Below are positions 52,052 to 61,638 of a DNA stretch of 64,000 bases, one piece after another (position 1 is the first letter of the stretch; every line of letters starts with the position of its first letter). Origin of the DNA: Rhabdothermincola salaria (GTDB lineage Bacteria; Actinomycetota; Acidimicrobiia; Acidimicrobiales; Acidimicrobilacustridaceae); assembly GCF_021246445.1 (NCBI RefSeq), contig NZ_JAJQXW010000005.1:1-64000 (forward strand), in the 5' to 3' direction. The notes under the pieces were generated by a model, which was not told the origin of the DNA, ran no database searches, and worked only from the letters and a program-made list of their open reading frames with translations. The position numbers and the translations under genes were made by a program.

Positions 52052-52498
52052 TCAGGCGTCGGACGGGGGACCGGTGAGGTCGGGCACGGTGAGGTTCCCG
52101 TCGCCGTCGAGCGGGAAGCCCGGGTTGTGGGCGATCTCCCACACGTGCCCGTCGAGGTCGCGGAAGCAGCCGGCGTAGCCGCCGTAGAACGTGGTCCTGG
52201 GGGCGCGGGTGACCGTGGCGCCCGCGGATGCTGCGCTGGTCACGACGTCGTCGACCTCCTCGGCCGAGCGCACGTTGTGGGCCAGGGCCACGCCGGAGAA
52301 GCTGGCGCCGGTGTCGCCGTCGATCCCGGCATCCTCGGCGAGCCGCTGCCTGTCCCAGAGCACGATCGCCTGGCCGTTGGCCTGGAAGAAGACGGTCTCG
52401 TCGACCTCCTGCCCCTGCCACCCGAGCTGCTCGTAGAAGCGTCGGGCCCGTGCCACGTCCCGCACGCCGAGGGTGATGAGGCTCACACGCTGCTCCAT
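52052..52498 (-). CDS. VOC/glyoxalase family protein
   Basis: ITLGVRDVARARRFY, LAHNV, FRDLDGHVWEIAHNP. Confidence 0.9.
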   Translation of the reverse strand: MEQRVSLITLGVRDVARARRFYEQLGWQGQEVDETVFFQANGQAIVLWDRQRLAEDAGIDGDTGASFSGVALAHNVRSAEEVDDVVTSAASAGATVTRAPRTTFYGGYAGCFRDLDGHVWEIAHNPGFPLDGDGNLTVPDLTGPPSDA

Positions 52499-52848
52499 GT
52501 CCCGAGGCTAGGAGGTCGTGGGCTCCACACCGGGAGGGTGGGGTGCCGGTGCTCAGGCCGCGGCGGGGGCCAGGGGCCGGCCGATCGTCCACCGGATGGA
52601 GTCGGGTGGTCTGCGGCACGGCCCGTCCGAAACGCGTGTGGCCGTCTCCGCAGGACTGTCGGTCGCTGCGCAGCGACGCTCCCGGTGCGGGGGGGGGTCA
52701 GGACACGACGCGTGCGCGCATCTGCGCAGGCGCCGGTGGCGTCGGCCGATGTGACGGGTTCCAGGCCGGGCAGATGTGGGCCGGCGGGCCACGCATCGCC
52801 GGTCTGAACTCGAACGCGAATATCCATATGAAACGTGTTGATTCTGGG

Positions 52849-52876
52849 TGGACATCGAACACCTGTCCTGTAGACT
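52849..52876 (+). promoter_or_regulatory. Promoter with LexA/SOS-box-like spacer
   Basis: TGGACA-[TCGAAC-ACCT-GTCCTG]-TAGACT; compare actinobacterial TCGAAC-N4-GTTCGA. Confidence 0.55.
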
Positions 52877-52883
52877 TCGACGC

Positions 52884-54863
52884 ATGGTCACCACGACGCT
52901 GGGGGAACTGGAGGAGGCGGTCGGCGAGCTGACCGTGGCCCCGGTGTCGGCCGACGTGGTCGAACTGTTCGCCCTGCGCGAACGGGTCGAGGTGACCGTG
53001 CTCGAGACCCTGACCGGGTTCTTCGCCACTGGTGGTCACGACGTCGACGGGTACCGCTCCGCGGTGGGTTGGCTGAAGGCCCACGTGGCGCTCACCGACG
53101 GTGAGGCCAAAGCATTGGCGGCCCGGGCCCAGCGGTTGGCGGTGTGGCCGGTGCTGGCCAAGTTGCTGTTCGACGGGTCGCTTGCCGCCGCGCAGGTGGC
53201 GGTCATCGTGTCCGCCGTGCCCCGCGATCTGGTCGACGTGTTCGCCGCGCATGACGAGGAGCTCTCGCCGGTGCTGGTCGGGTTGTGCGTGGGTGACACC
53301 CGCACCGCCATCGACACCTGGGTGAACCTCGCCCGCGACACCAAAGCCACCAGTGACGAGCCGGTCGATCCGCACGACACGACCGTCGATGGGTTCGTGC
53401 ACCTGTCTCGCTACGGGTCCGATGATCGGGGGCGGCTCGACGGCGACCTCGGCCCGGACGCCACCGCCGTCATCGACGCCGCGCTGACCGCCGCCGACGC
53501 CGCCCTCACCGCAGCTCGCGCCGCGGATGGCCATGGTCGCGTTGCCCACCGAGTGAGGTCCGAACGGCTCGGCGATGCGCTGGTCGAGGTGTGCCGCTTC
53601 TACACCGCCCACGTCGACTGCGAGGGGCCCCGCCGGGCCCGCACCCCCCAGCTCACGGCCCTCATGGAGCTCGGTGACCTGTACCGCGCCGCCCTCTACG
53701 GGCTGGGTATCGGTGACCGGGCCGGTCTCGACCGGTTCTTGACCGCCCGCCGCCACGCCGGGCAGCCGGTCTCGACGGTCGAGGAAGGGTTCCTGCGTCA
53801 CGCCCTCGATCACGCCACCGGGCAGGCCACCACCATCGACGGCCACCGCCTGTCCCCCGAGGCGGTCACCACCATCTTCGGGGCCGGCACCACCCTCGAG
53901 CGGGTCATGCTCGCGGAGAGCCAGGTGTTGGACCACGGCCGACAAGTGCGCCTCGCCGCCGGACCGCTGCGTGATGCGATGCTCGCCCGCGACGGCGGCT
54001 GCCGGTTCCCCACCCCCACCGGAGAACGATGCGACGCACCCGTCGCCTGGATCAACGGCCACCACATCACCCACTGGAAACGCGGTGGTGCCACCTCACT
54101 GGTGAACCTCCTCTGCCTGTGCTCCACCCACCACGGGGTCGTGCACCGCGACGGCTGGGACATCACCATCGACGACCACGGGACGGTCACCGTCACCCGA
54201 CCCGACGGCACCACCCTCACCAGCCCACCACCCCACACCCGCCGCCCACCCCGCCTCCCCCTCCACCGCAACGACGACCACCCCGGCACCCTCGATCACG
54301 CCGGGACCCTCGACGCCGCCCTCGCGAACAACGGCGCCACCGGCGCCGAACAGGACAGGCCCGACGACCGAGTCGCCGGACCGAGCCCCACCGACGAGCA
54401 GGCCACGACGAGCCGAGGCGAGAGCGCCGACGACCAGGGCGAGCCCGGGCCGGGAGCTTGCCGCTCAGACGACGGCGACGCAGACCCGGGCGTCTGCGGC
54501 TACGACCAGGCCCGGCTCACGCTCACCCTCCGGCTCCCGGAACCGGAGAGGAGCGGCCATGGTGCTCCGTCGGGTGGGCACGTCAGGTGCGGCAGGACGA
54601 ATCGCGCCGGGAGCACGCCGCTGTGTCGGTCGGGCCGGAGCTACTCCCCGGTGTCGGTGCTGCTGTCGCCGGATTCGTCACCTTCAGCGTCGGTCGTCTC
54701 GGTGTCGTCGGGGTTGAGGTCGACGACCACCTCGCCGTTCTCGGTGACCTCCACCGGGTACGAGATCAACCCCTCGCCGTCGGCGGGCACCACCGTGCCG
54801 TCGCAGGGATCGACGAACTCGGCCTCGGCGTCCTGCCACTCGAGGGTGCAGTCCCGGGACTGA
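52884..54863 (+). CDS. DUF222/HNH endonuclease (13E12-like) protein; 3' end uncertain
   Basis: RDGGCRFP...C...HHITHW..GG.T...NL..LCSTHHGVVH; helical N-terminal region; last ~200 aa are low complexity and overlap the convergent gene. Confidence 0.8.
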   Translation: MVTTTLGELEEAVGELTVAPVSADVVELFALRERVEVTVLETLTGFFATGGHDVDGYRSAVGWLKAHVALTDGEAKALAARAQRLAVWPVLAKLLFDGSLAAAQVAVIVSAVPRDLVDVFAAHDEELSPVLVGLCVGDTRTAIDTWVNLARDTKATSDEPVDPHDTTVDGFVHLSRYGSDDRGRLDGDLGPDATAVIDAALTAADAALTAARAADGHGRVAHRVRSERLGDALVEVCRFYTAHVDCEGPRRARTPQLTALMELGDLYRAALYGLGIGDRAGLDRFLTARRHAGQPVSTVEEGFLRHALDHATGQATTIDGHRLSPEAVTTIFGAGTTLERVMLAESQVLDHGRQVRLAAGPLRDAMLARDGGCRFPTPTGERCDAPVAWINGHHITHWKRGGATSLVNLLCLCSTHHGVVHRDGWDITIDDHGTVTVTRPDGTTLTSPPPHTRRPPRLPLHRNDDHPGTLDHAGTLDAALANNGATGAEQDRPDDRVAGPSPTDEQATTSRGESADDQGEPGPGACRSDDGDADPGVCGYDQARLTLTLRLPEPERSGHGAPSGGHVRCGRTNRAGSTPLCRSGRSYSPVSVLLSPDSSPSASVVSVSSGLRSTTTSPFSVTSTGYEINPSPSAGTTVPSQGSTNSASASCHSRVQSRD

Positions 54864-55183
54864 CCCGGTCGGCGGGCGTCGAAGGCCAGCCAGTCCTCGT
54901 CCTCCTCCGCGCCCAGGTGCTGCAGGTAGATGTCGCGCTGGCCGTTGGCCACGTCGGGGAGCAGCAGTGGCCCACCTTCGTCGACCGCCGGGGCCAGGCG
55001 GGACACGTTGCCGGCGGTGAAGCGGTCGTCACCCAGGTTCACCTGCACCGAGTCGGACTCGGTGAGCGAGGGGATGGCCAGGACGAACACCACGATGACC
55101 AGGGCGATCCCGAGCACGATGCCGCCGACGGCGATGACCATCGAGCGCGGGTTGCGCGCCGGGCGCTGCTGGACGGGGCTCAT
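54641..55183 (-). CDS. Membrane-anchored protein with Rieske-like pattern lacking Fe-S ligands
   Basis: One N-terminal TM helix; WLAFDA..C..EW...FVDPCDG...DG..L..YPVEV..GEVVVDL. Confidence 0.7.
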   Translation of the reverse strand: MSPVQQRPARNPRSMVIAVGGIVLGIALVIVVFVLAIPSLTESDSVQVNLGDDRFTAGNVSRLAPAVDEGGPLLLPDVANGQRDIYLQHLGAEEDEDWLAFDARRPGQSRDCTLEWQDAEAEFVDPCDGTVVPADGEGLISYPVEVTENGEVVVDLNPDDTETTDAEGDESGDSSTDTGE

Positions 55184-55297
55184 GGGGTGCCAGTATCCCC
55201 GCGTCGACCGATGGGCCACACATCGGGCCCGGTCGGGCGCACGACCTGTCGACGACGTTTGGGCCGCTCACCGGCCCGGTGACTACGTTGTCCCCTC

Positions 55298-56440
55298 GTG
55301 GATCTTCTCGAATATCAAGGCAAACAGTTCTTCGCCCAGTACGGCATCCCGATCTCCGAGGGGCGGGCCGTCGAGTCCGTCGAGGATGCGCTGGCTGCGG
55401 CCGAAGCGGTCGGCTACCCCGTGATGGTCAAGGCCCAGGTGCACGCGGGCGGCCGCGGCAAGGCCGGCGGCGTGAAGTTCGCCCCCGATGCCGACGCCGT
55501 GCGCGAGCACGCCGGCAACATCCTCGGCCTCGACATCAAGGGCCACGTGACCCGCATCCTCTGGATCGAGCACGCCTCCGACATCGCCGAGGAGTACTAC
55601 GCCAGCTTCACGCTCGACCGCTCGGCCAAGAAGCACCTCGGCATGCTGTCGGCCGAGGGTGGTGTCGAGATCGAGCAGGTGGCGGTCGACAACCCCGACG
55701 CCATCGCCAAGATCTGGATCGACCCGGTCGACGGCCTCAGCGAGGACGCCGCCCGCGAGTGGGTGCTCGCCGCCAAGCTCAACCCCGACGTCACCGACGG
55801 CGCCGTGGAGATGCTGCGCAAGCTCTACACCGCCTACACCGAGGGCGACGCCGACCTGGCCGAGATCAACCCCCTCATCGTGAAGACCGACGGCAACGTG
55901 CACGCCCTCGACGCCAAGGTCACCCTCGACGCCAACGCGGCCTACCGCCACGAGCTCGACGAGTACGAGAAGACCCAGGTCCGCGACGCCCGCGAGCAGG
56001 CCGCCCACGAGAAGGGCCTGCAGTACGTGGGCCTCGACGGCTACGTCGGCATCATCGCCAACGGCGCCGGGCTGGCCATGAGCACCCTCGACGTCGTCAA
56101 CCAGGTCGGCGGCGAGCCGGCCAACTTCCTCGACATCGGCGGCGGCGCCAACGCCGACGTGATGGCCGGGGCCCTCCAGGTCATCAACGACGACCCCAAG
56201 GTCAAGAGCATCTTCATCAACATCTTCGGTGGCATCACCCGGGGTGAAGAGGTGGCCAAGGGCATCATCGAGGCGCTCGACCGGGTCGACATCGAGGCCC
56301 CCATCGTGATCCGCCTCGACGGCACCAACGCCGACGAGGGCCGGGCCCTGCTCGAGCCCCACCTGTCCGACAAGCTGCAGAGCCGGCCCACCATGCTCGA
56401 GGCGGCCCGTACGGCCGTCGAGCTGGCCGGGAAGAACTGA
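55298..56440 (+). CDS. sucC: Succinyl-CoA synthetase beta subunit
   Basis: EYQGK, KAQVHAGGRGKAGGVK, EINPL, NGAGLAM, NIFGGI. Confidence 0.97.
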   Translation: MDLLEYQGKQFFAQYGIPISEGRAVESVEDALAAAEAVGYPVMVKAQVHAGGRGKAGGVKFAPDADAVREHAGNILGLDIKGHVTRILWIEHASDIAEEYYASFTLDRSAKKHLGMLSAEGGVEIEQVAVDNPDAIAKIWIDPVDGLSEDAAREWVLAAKLNPDVTDGAVEMLRKLYTAYTEGDADLAEINPLIVKTDGNVHALDAKVTLDANAAYRHELDEYEKTQVRDAREQAAHEKGLQYVGLDGYVGIIANGAGLAMSTLDVVNQVGGEPANFLDIGGGANADVMAGALQVINDDPKVKSIFINIFGGITRGEEVAKGIIEALDRVDIEAPIVIRLDGTNADEGRALLEPHLSDKLQSRPTMLEAARTAVELAGKN

Positions 56441-56450
56441 GGACCCCGAC

Positions 56451-57344
56451 ATGAGCATCTTCGTCGACGAGACCACCAAGGTCGTCTACCAGGGCCTCAC
56501 CGGCTCCCAGGGCCGCTTCTACGGTCTGCGCAACCGTGACTACGGCACCAACGTCGTGGCCGGCACCAACCCCAAGAAGGCGGGCGAGGACGTCGATGGC
56601 ATCCCCATCTTCGCCAGCGTCGCCGACGCCGTGGCCGAGACCGGCGCCAACGCCAGCTGCATCTTCATCCCGGCTCCCGGCGTGCGCAGCGCCGTGATGG
56701 AGGCCGCCGAAGGCGGTGTCGAGTTCATCGTCTGCATCACCGAGGGCGTCCCCGCCCACGACGAGGCCTGGTTCTACAACAAGCTCAAGCGCGACTTCCC
56801 GAACGTGCGCCTGCTCGGCCCCAACTGCCCCGGCATCATCAGCCCCGGCAAGGCCAATATCGGCATCACCGCCGGCGAGATCGCCAAGGAGGGCGGCCCG
56901 GTCGGCATCGTGAGCCGCTCCGGCACGCTCACCTACCAGGCCCTCTACGAGCTCAAGCTCCAGGACATCGGCGTCACCACGTGCGTCGGCATCGGTGGCG
57001 ACCCCGTGCCCGGCACCTCGTTCATCGACTGCCTCGAGGCCTTCGAGGCCGACCCCGACACCAAGGCCGTCATGATGATCGGTGAGATCGGCGGCTCGGC
57101 CGAGGAAGAGGCGGCCGAGTTCATCAAGCACAAGATGAGCAAGCCGGTCGTGTCCTACGTCGCCGGCGTCACCGCCCCGGCCGGCAAGAAGATGGGCCAC
57201 GCCGGTGCCATCGTCTCCGGGGGCAAGGGCACGGCGGCCGCCAAGATGGAAGCCCTCGCCGACGCCGGCGTGAAGGTGGGCCAGAACCCCACCGAGGCCG
57301 GCGAGCTCATGGTCCAGGTCGTCCGCGAGAACGGCTGGGCCTGA
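56451..57344 (+). CDS. sucD: Succinyl-CoA synthetase alpha subunit
   Basis: GPNCPG, SRSGTLTY, GIGGDP, MGHAGA. Confidence 0.97.
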   Translation: MSIFVDETTKVVYQGLTGSQGRFYGLRNRDYGTNVVAGTNPKKAGEDVDGIPIFASVADAVAETGANASCIFIPAPGVRSAVMEAAEGGVEFIVCITEGVPAHDEAWFYNKLKRDFPNVRLLGPNCPGIISPGKANIGITAGEIAKEGGPVGIVSRSGTLTYQALYELKLQDIGVTTCVGIGGDPVPGTSFIDCLEAFEADPDTKAVMMIGEIGGSAEEEAAEFIKHKMSKPVVSYVAGVTAPAGKKMGHAGAIVSGGKGTAAAKMEALADAGVKVGQNPTEAGELMVQVVRENGWA

Positions 57345-57387
57345 CCCCGGGCGGACCGCGGTCCGTCACCGAAGCAGATCCACACCG

Positions 57388-57417
57388 ACGGAGCCCGGCC
57401 CCACGGCCGGGCTCCGT
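57388..57417. terminator. Hairpin after sucD, possibly bidirectional
   Basis: 13-bp stem ACGGAGCCCGGCC/GGCCGGGCTCCGT, loop CCAC, between convergent genes. Confidence 0.75.
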
Positions 57418-57491
57418 GCGCGTCTGGCCCGTGGTGGGGTCGTGCACCAGCGCCGCCGGGGGGGGGTGACGCCACCTGCTCGAGCAGTGGC

Positions 57492-60479
57492 TCAGCGGGC
57501 GTCGGCGATGGCGGCGAGGGCGTGGGCGACCACGGCGTCGTCGCGCATCCGCGCCCCGTGGGAGTGGAGCTGGGCGGCCCGGTCCCCGCCGAGGCGGGCG
57601 AGGAGCGAGTCCCGTTCGAGCTCGACGGCGTCGGCGTCGGTCGGGGCGAACGGGAGCGCGGAGGCGGCCCCGGCGGCGTCGACCGCCCCGAAGAGGATCG
57701 CCGCCTGCTCGTCGTGGCGGCACGACGCGAGGATGGCGGCGAGCTGGCGGAGGGTCAGCCACTGGTTCGCCCAGTCCCCGCCGCGGAACCACGTCTCGAC
57801 CACCTCGCGGTAACCCTCGAGCGCGGACCCGAGCTCGCCCCGCTGGGCGCGCAACCACATGGCCTCGGTCATGGCGAAGGCCACCATCCAACGGTTGCCG
57901 GCCTCGGCGGCGGCGTCGATGGCGGCCTCCAGCATCGTGAGGGCGGCGTCGCTCTCGCCGGTGGCGGCCGCAGCCAGACCGGAGGCGTACGCCGCCTGGG
58001 ATCGCGACGTCGCGCTCCCGCTGCGCTCGGCCGCCTCATGGGCCAGCTCGGCGAGGCGGCGTCCGCCGTCGAGATCGCCGACGCTGGTCGCCGCGACCGA
58101 GCTCATGTACCGGGCGTGGGCGACGTTCCCGTCGACGCCGGTGGCCTCAGCTGCCGCCCGCATCCGTCGCATCCACTCCAGCGCCACGATGCGGTCTCCC
58201 ACGTAGAACCAGGCGTTGCCGAGTGCCCGTTCGGCGAGGCCCTCGGTGGTGTGGCCCGAACGGTCCGCGGTCTCGACCGCCTGCTCGGCCCAACGGATCG
58301 ACGCGCGCAGCTCGCCCCTCACGAAGCAGCCGTAGGCCACCATGGCCAGTGCCGTGGCGAAGAGCGGGTGGGTCTGCGCCGCCGGCTTGGTCACCAGTAC
58401 CTCGGCCCACCCGACCACCTCGTCTCGCAGGCGCCGGAACCCGAACTCGCGCGTCGCGGTGGCGAGGCGCAGCGCCAGGTCGACGTCTCCGGCGTCGGTG
58501 GCGGTGCGGACCGCGGCGCGCAGGTTCCCCAGCTCGGTCTCGAGGCGCGCCATCGTGGCGGCCTCGTCCGGCGACTCGAGTTCCGTGGCCGCGAGCTCGG
58601 CCAGGCCGGTGAAGGTCTCGGCATGGGCCCTCGCCACCCACCCGGATCCGGGACGCTCGGCGAGGAGGCGAGCCCCGTACTGCCGCAGGGTCTCCAGCTG
58701 GCGGAAGCGAACCCCGTCGCCTTCGTGCTCGGCCACGACCAGCGACTTGTCGGCGAGCGCGGCCAGCCGACCGGCGATGTCGTGGGCCGGGAGCTCCTCG
58801 TCGGCGCAGGTGGCTTCGGCCACCTCCAGCCCGAAGCCCCCGGCGAAGACCGAGATGCGCTCGAAGAGCGTGCGTTCGGCGTTGTCGAGCAGCTCGTAGG
58901 ACCACTGGACGACGTCGAGGAGGCTCCGGTGGCGACGATCGAGCGCTCGTGGCGCATCGAGCAGGCCGAAGCGTTCGTCGAGGCGCTCGACGAGCTGGCG
59001 GGGGGACATCGAGTTCATGCGGGCTGCCGCCAGCTCGAGGGCGAGGGGGACGCCGTCGAGACGGATGCAGAGCTCGGCCACGTCGGTGGCCGTGGCGGTG
59101 TCGTAGTGGAAGCCGGGTGAGGCCGCCGCAGCTCGCTCCCGGAAGACCTGCACGGCAGGAGAGCTCGCCAGCTCCGCGGCCGGGGCGGTCGGGTCGGTCG
59201 GGACCGGCAGCGGTGCCACCGGCCACACGACCTCGCCGGGGAGTCGCATCGGCTCTCGACTGGTGGCCAGGATCCGCACGTGGGGACACCAGCGCACCAC
59301 GTGGTCGACGAGGGACGTCACGCCCTCGATGACGTGCTCGCAGTTGTCGAGCACGAGGAGCAGCTCGAGCGGTCCCAGCACCTCGGCGATGGCATCGGTG
59401 AGGGTGCGACCGGACCGTTGCTGCACGTCGAGCACGGCGGCGACCGACGGCGTGACCTCCTCGGGCCTCACGATGGGGGCCAGCTCGACGACCCGCACGC
59501 CGTCGCCGTGGTGCTCGGCCTGGCGTCCGGCCAGCTCGTAGGCGAGGCGGGACTTGCCCACCCCACCCGGTCCGGTGAGGGTCAGGACCCGGGCCGCGCC
59601 GAGCTGCGCTTCCAAGCGGGCCAGGTCGTCGGCCCGACCCAGGAGCTCGGTGGCCGCCCTGGGCAGGGTCGCACGGGTCGAGGGCGGGGCCGATGTCGGC
59701 ACCGGCGGCTCGGCCCCCTCGGCGGGCCCGCCGGACGGCGGACGCAGCGCCGGGTCCTCCGCGGCGATGGCCTGCTCGAGCGACCGGAGCTCGGGGGAGG
59801 GTTCGAGCCCGAGCTCGTCCGCGAGGGTCCGGCGCAGCCGGTGTGCGGTGCGCAGCGCCTCGGCCTGGCGACCGCTGCGGTGCAGGGCGAGCATCAGCAG
59901 CCCCCAGGGACGTTCCCGAAGGGGGTGTTCGAAGGTGAACGCCTCGAGGTCGCCGATCACCTCGGCCGCGTCGCCGGCGTCGAGCCGGCTTGCTGCTCGT
60001 TCCTCACGGACGACGAGGTGGAGCTCGTCGAGCCGCACCGCCTCGGGTCGGGCCCAGTCGTGCTCCGCCATCCCGGCGAAGGCGGGGCCGTGCCACTCCT
60101 CGAGGGCCGCATCGAGCTCGGCCGCGGTGCGCCGGGGGTCGACCCGCTGGGAGAGCGAGGCTTCGACCGCGTCCGCGAAGCGATCGGCGTCGACCTGGTC
60201 CCGAGGCACTTCCAGCACGTAGCCGGGGGCCTGTGCCACGAGCCGGGTGCCGGGAAGTCGTTGCACCAGCGTCCGGAGCCTGGACACATGGGTCTGGAGC
60301 GTGGCTCGCGCCGTCGCCGGGGGTTCTGCCCCCCAGAGGGCGTCGGCGAGGGCGTCGACGGAGACGACCCGTCGTCGGTGGGCCAACAGCACGGCGAGGA
60401 GGAGGCGTGGGGTGGGTCCGAGCGACACCTGTTCGGTGCCGTCGCGGAGCTTGACCCCACCGAGCACCTGAAGTCCCAT
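57492..60479 (-). CDS. AfsR/SARP-family regulator (wHTH-BTAD-NTPase-TPR)
   Basis: VSVDALADALW, LQTHVSRLR, HPLRER...SGRQAEAL, GPGGVGKS, LVLDNCEH, LDGVPLALELAA. Confidence 0.92.
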   Translation of the reverse strand: MGLQVLGGVKLRDGTEQVSLGPTPRLLLAVLLAHRRRVVSVDALADALWGAEPPATARATLQTHVSRLRTLVQRLPGTRLVAQAPGYVLEVPRDQVDADRFADAVEASLSQRVDPRRTAAELDAALEEWHGPAFAGMAEHDWARPEAVRLDELHLVVREERAASRLDAGDAAEVIGDLEAFTFEHPLRERPWGLLMLALHRSGRQAEALRTAHRLRRTLADELGLEPSPELRSLEQAIAAEDPALRPPSGGPAEGAEPPVPTSAPPSTRATLPRAATELLGRADDLARLEAQLGAARVLTLTGPGGVGKSRLAYELAGRQAEHHGDGVRVVELAPIVRPEEVTPSVAAVLDVQQRSGRTLTDAIAEVLGPLELLLVLDNCEHVIEGVTSLVDHVVRWCPHVRILATSREPMRLPGEVVWPVAPLPVPTDPTAPAAELASSPAVQVFRERAAAASPGFHYDTATATDVAELCIRLDGVPLALELAAARMNSMSPRQLVERLDERFGLLDAPRALDRRHRSLLDVVQWSYELLDNAERTLFERISVFAGGFGLEVAEATCADEELPAHDIAGRLAALADKSLVVAEHEGDGVRFRQLETLRQYGARLLAERPGSGWVARAHAETFTGLAELAATELESPDEAATMARLETELGNLRAAVRTATDAGDVDLALRLATATREFGFRRLRDEVVGWAEVLVTKPAAQTHPLFATALAMVAYGCFVRGELRASIRWAEQAVETADRSGHTTEGLAERALGNAWFYVGDRIVALEWMRRMRAAAEATGVDGNVAHARYMSSVAATSVGDLDGGRRLAELAHEAAERSGSATSRSQAAYASGLAAAATGESDAALTMLEAAIDAAAEAGNRWMVAFAMTEAMWLRAQRGELGSALEGYREVVETWFRGGDWANQWLTLRQLAAILASCRHDEQAAILFGAVDAAGAASALPFAPTDADAVELERDSLLARLGGDRAAQLHSHGARMRDDAVVAHALAAIADAR

Positions 60480-60536
60480 CTCTCACAGTCTGGCCCCATC
60501 TCGTCGCCGACGGTGGCGGTGACGCACCACGCCGCG

Positions 60537-60576
60537 CCACCGAGCGACCACCGACGGACCACCGACAGCCCACAAG
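60537..60576. promoter_or_regulatory. Candidate SARP operator: heptamer repeats at 11-bp period
   Basis: CCACCGA at 60537, 60548, 60559; degenerate CCACAAG at 60570. Confidence 0.55.
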
Positions 60577-60631
60577 GGCCGGGCCTCATCGTGCTCCTCG
60601 AACCAGATGGACCACGACGAACGGAGACACC

Positions 60632-61027
60632 ATGCACATCCGCAGAGACGACGTGCCGGTCAAGATCGATGCGCCGGGAGCGGTGGCTCGCCAACTCCCC
60701 GACTTCGGCGACGCGACCGGGTACGGGACCATCGGCGGGGAGTTCTTCTCCCTGGCCGCCGGCACCGACATCGCTCCGTTGCTCGCCGGGCTCGAGGGCG
60801 ACAGCTGCCAGGCCCCCCACTGGGGGTACATGCTCTCGGGCGTTCTCGTCGTGTCCTACCGCGACGGCACCGACGAGCAGTGTGAGGGCGGTGAGCTCTT
60901 CTACTGGCCGCCGGGTCACACCGTGCGGGTGACCGAGGACGCCGACGTCATCTTGTTCAGCCCGGCGGTGGAGCACACGGCGGCGCTGGACCACATGCTC
61001 GATCAGATGGCGGGGGCGGGCTCGTGA
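60632..61027 (+). CDS. Cupin-domain protein
   Basis: CQAPHWGYMLSG...GELFYWPPGH. Confidence 0.8.
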   Translation: MHIRRDDVPVKIDAPGAVARQLPDFGDATGYGTIGGEFFSLAAGTDIAPLLAGLEGDSCQAPHWGYMLSGVLVVSYRDGTDEQCEGGELFYWPPGHTVRVTEDADVILFSPAVEHTAALDHMLDQMAGAGS

Positions 61028-61638
61028 GCGTCACCGAGGTGCAGACGCTGCCTCGCGACGCCGAGGAGGGCGCCGCCCAGCTCGAGGTCATCGTGCCGAG
61101 GCTCGGCGCGCTGGTCGCGGAGGTGGGCCCGACGGAGCTCGGCCTGTCGACGCCCTGTGACGGCTGGGCGGTGCGGGACCTGCTCAACCACGTGGTCGGC
61201 GGGGCCGAGATGTTCGCCGGTGCCCTCCAGGGCGGCCCGGTCCACGACATCTCGGGCCGCCTGCCCGACGCCCTCGGTGACGACCCGCTCGGGGCCTTCG
61301 AGCGCGCCGCGGAGCACTTCGGCGCTGCTGCGCAGTCGCCGGGGGCGACGGAGCGGGTGCTCGATCTCCCCTTCGGGTCCATGCAGGGCGCCACCTTCCT
61401 CCGGTTCGTCGCCTTCGACCTGCTGGTCCACAGCTGGGACCTGGCGACGACCCTCGGGTCCGAGCTCGACGTGCCCGACGACGTCGTCGTCGGCGCCGGG
61501 CGGATCGCCCACCGCACCCTCGACGGACGAGAGCGCGACGGTCGCACCTTCGCCGAGTCCACGGTGGCGCCGGGCGGGGCGACGCCGCTGGAGCGACTCG
61601 TCGCCTTCACCGGGCGCTCGGTGCCCGGGCGCCCTTGA
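61024..61638 (+). CDS. TIGR03086-like metal-binding protein (MDMPI/DinB superfamily)
   Basis: TPCDGWAVRDLLNH, DLLVHSWDLA, RLVAFTGR. Confidence 0.85.
   Translation: MSVTEVQTLPRDAEEGAAQLEVIVPRLGALVAEVGPTELGLSTPCDGWAVRDLLNHVVGGAEMFAGALQGGPVHDISGRLPDALGDDPLGAFERAAEHFGAAAQSPGATERVLDLPFGSMQGATFLRFVAFDLLVHSWDLATTLGSELDVPDDVVVGAGRIAHRTLDGRERDGRTFAESTVAPGGATPLERLVAFTGRSVPGRP

Noticed and set aside
54300..54863. C-terminal ~190 aa of the HNH ORF as a real domain or true overlapping gene pair
   Set aside because: Low-complexity run-on overlapping the convergent gene by 223 bp; more likely a lost or ill-defined stop.
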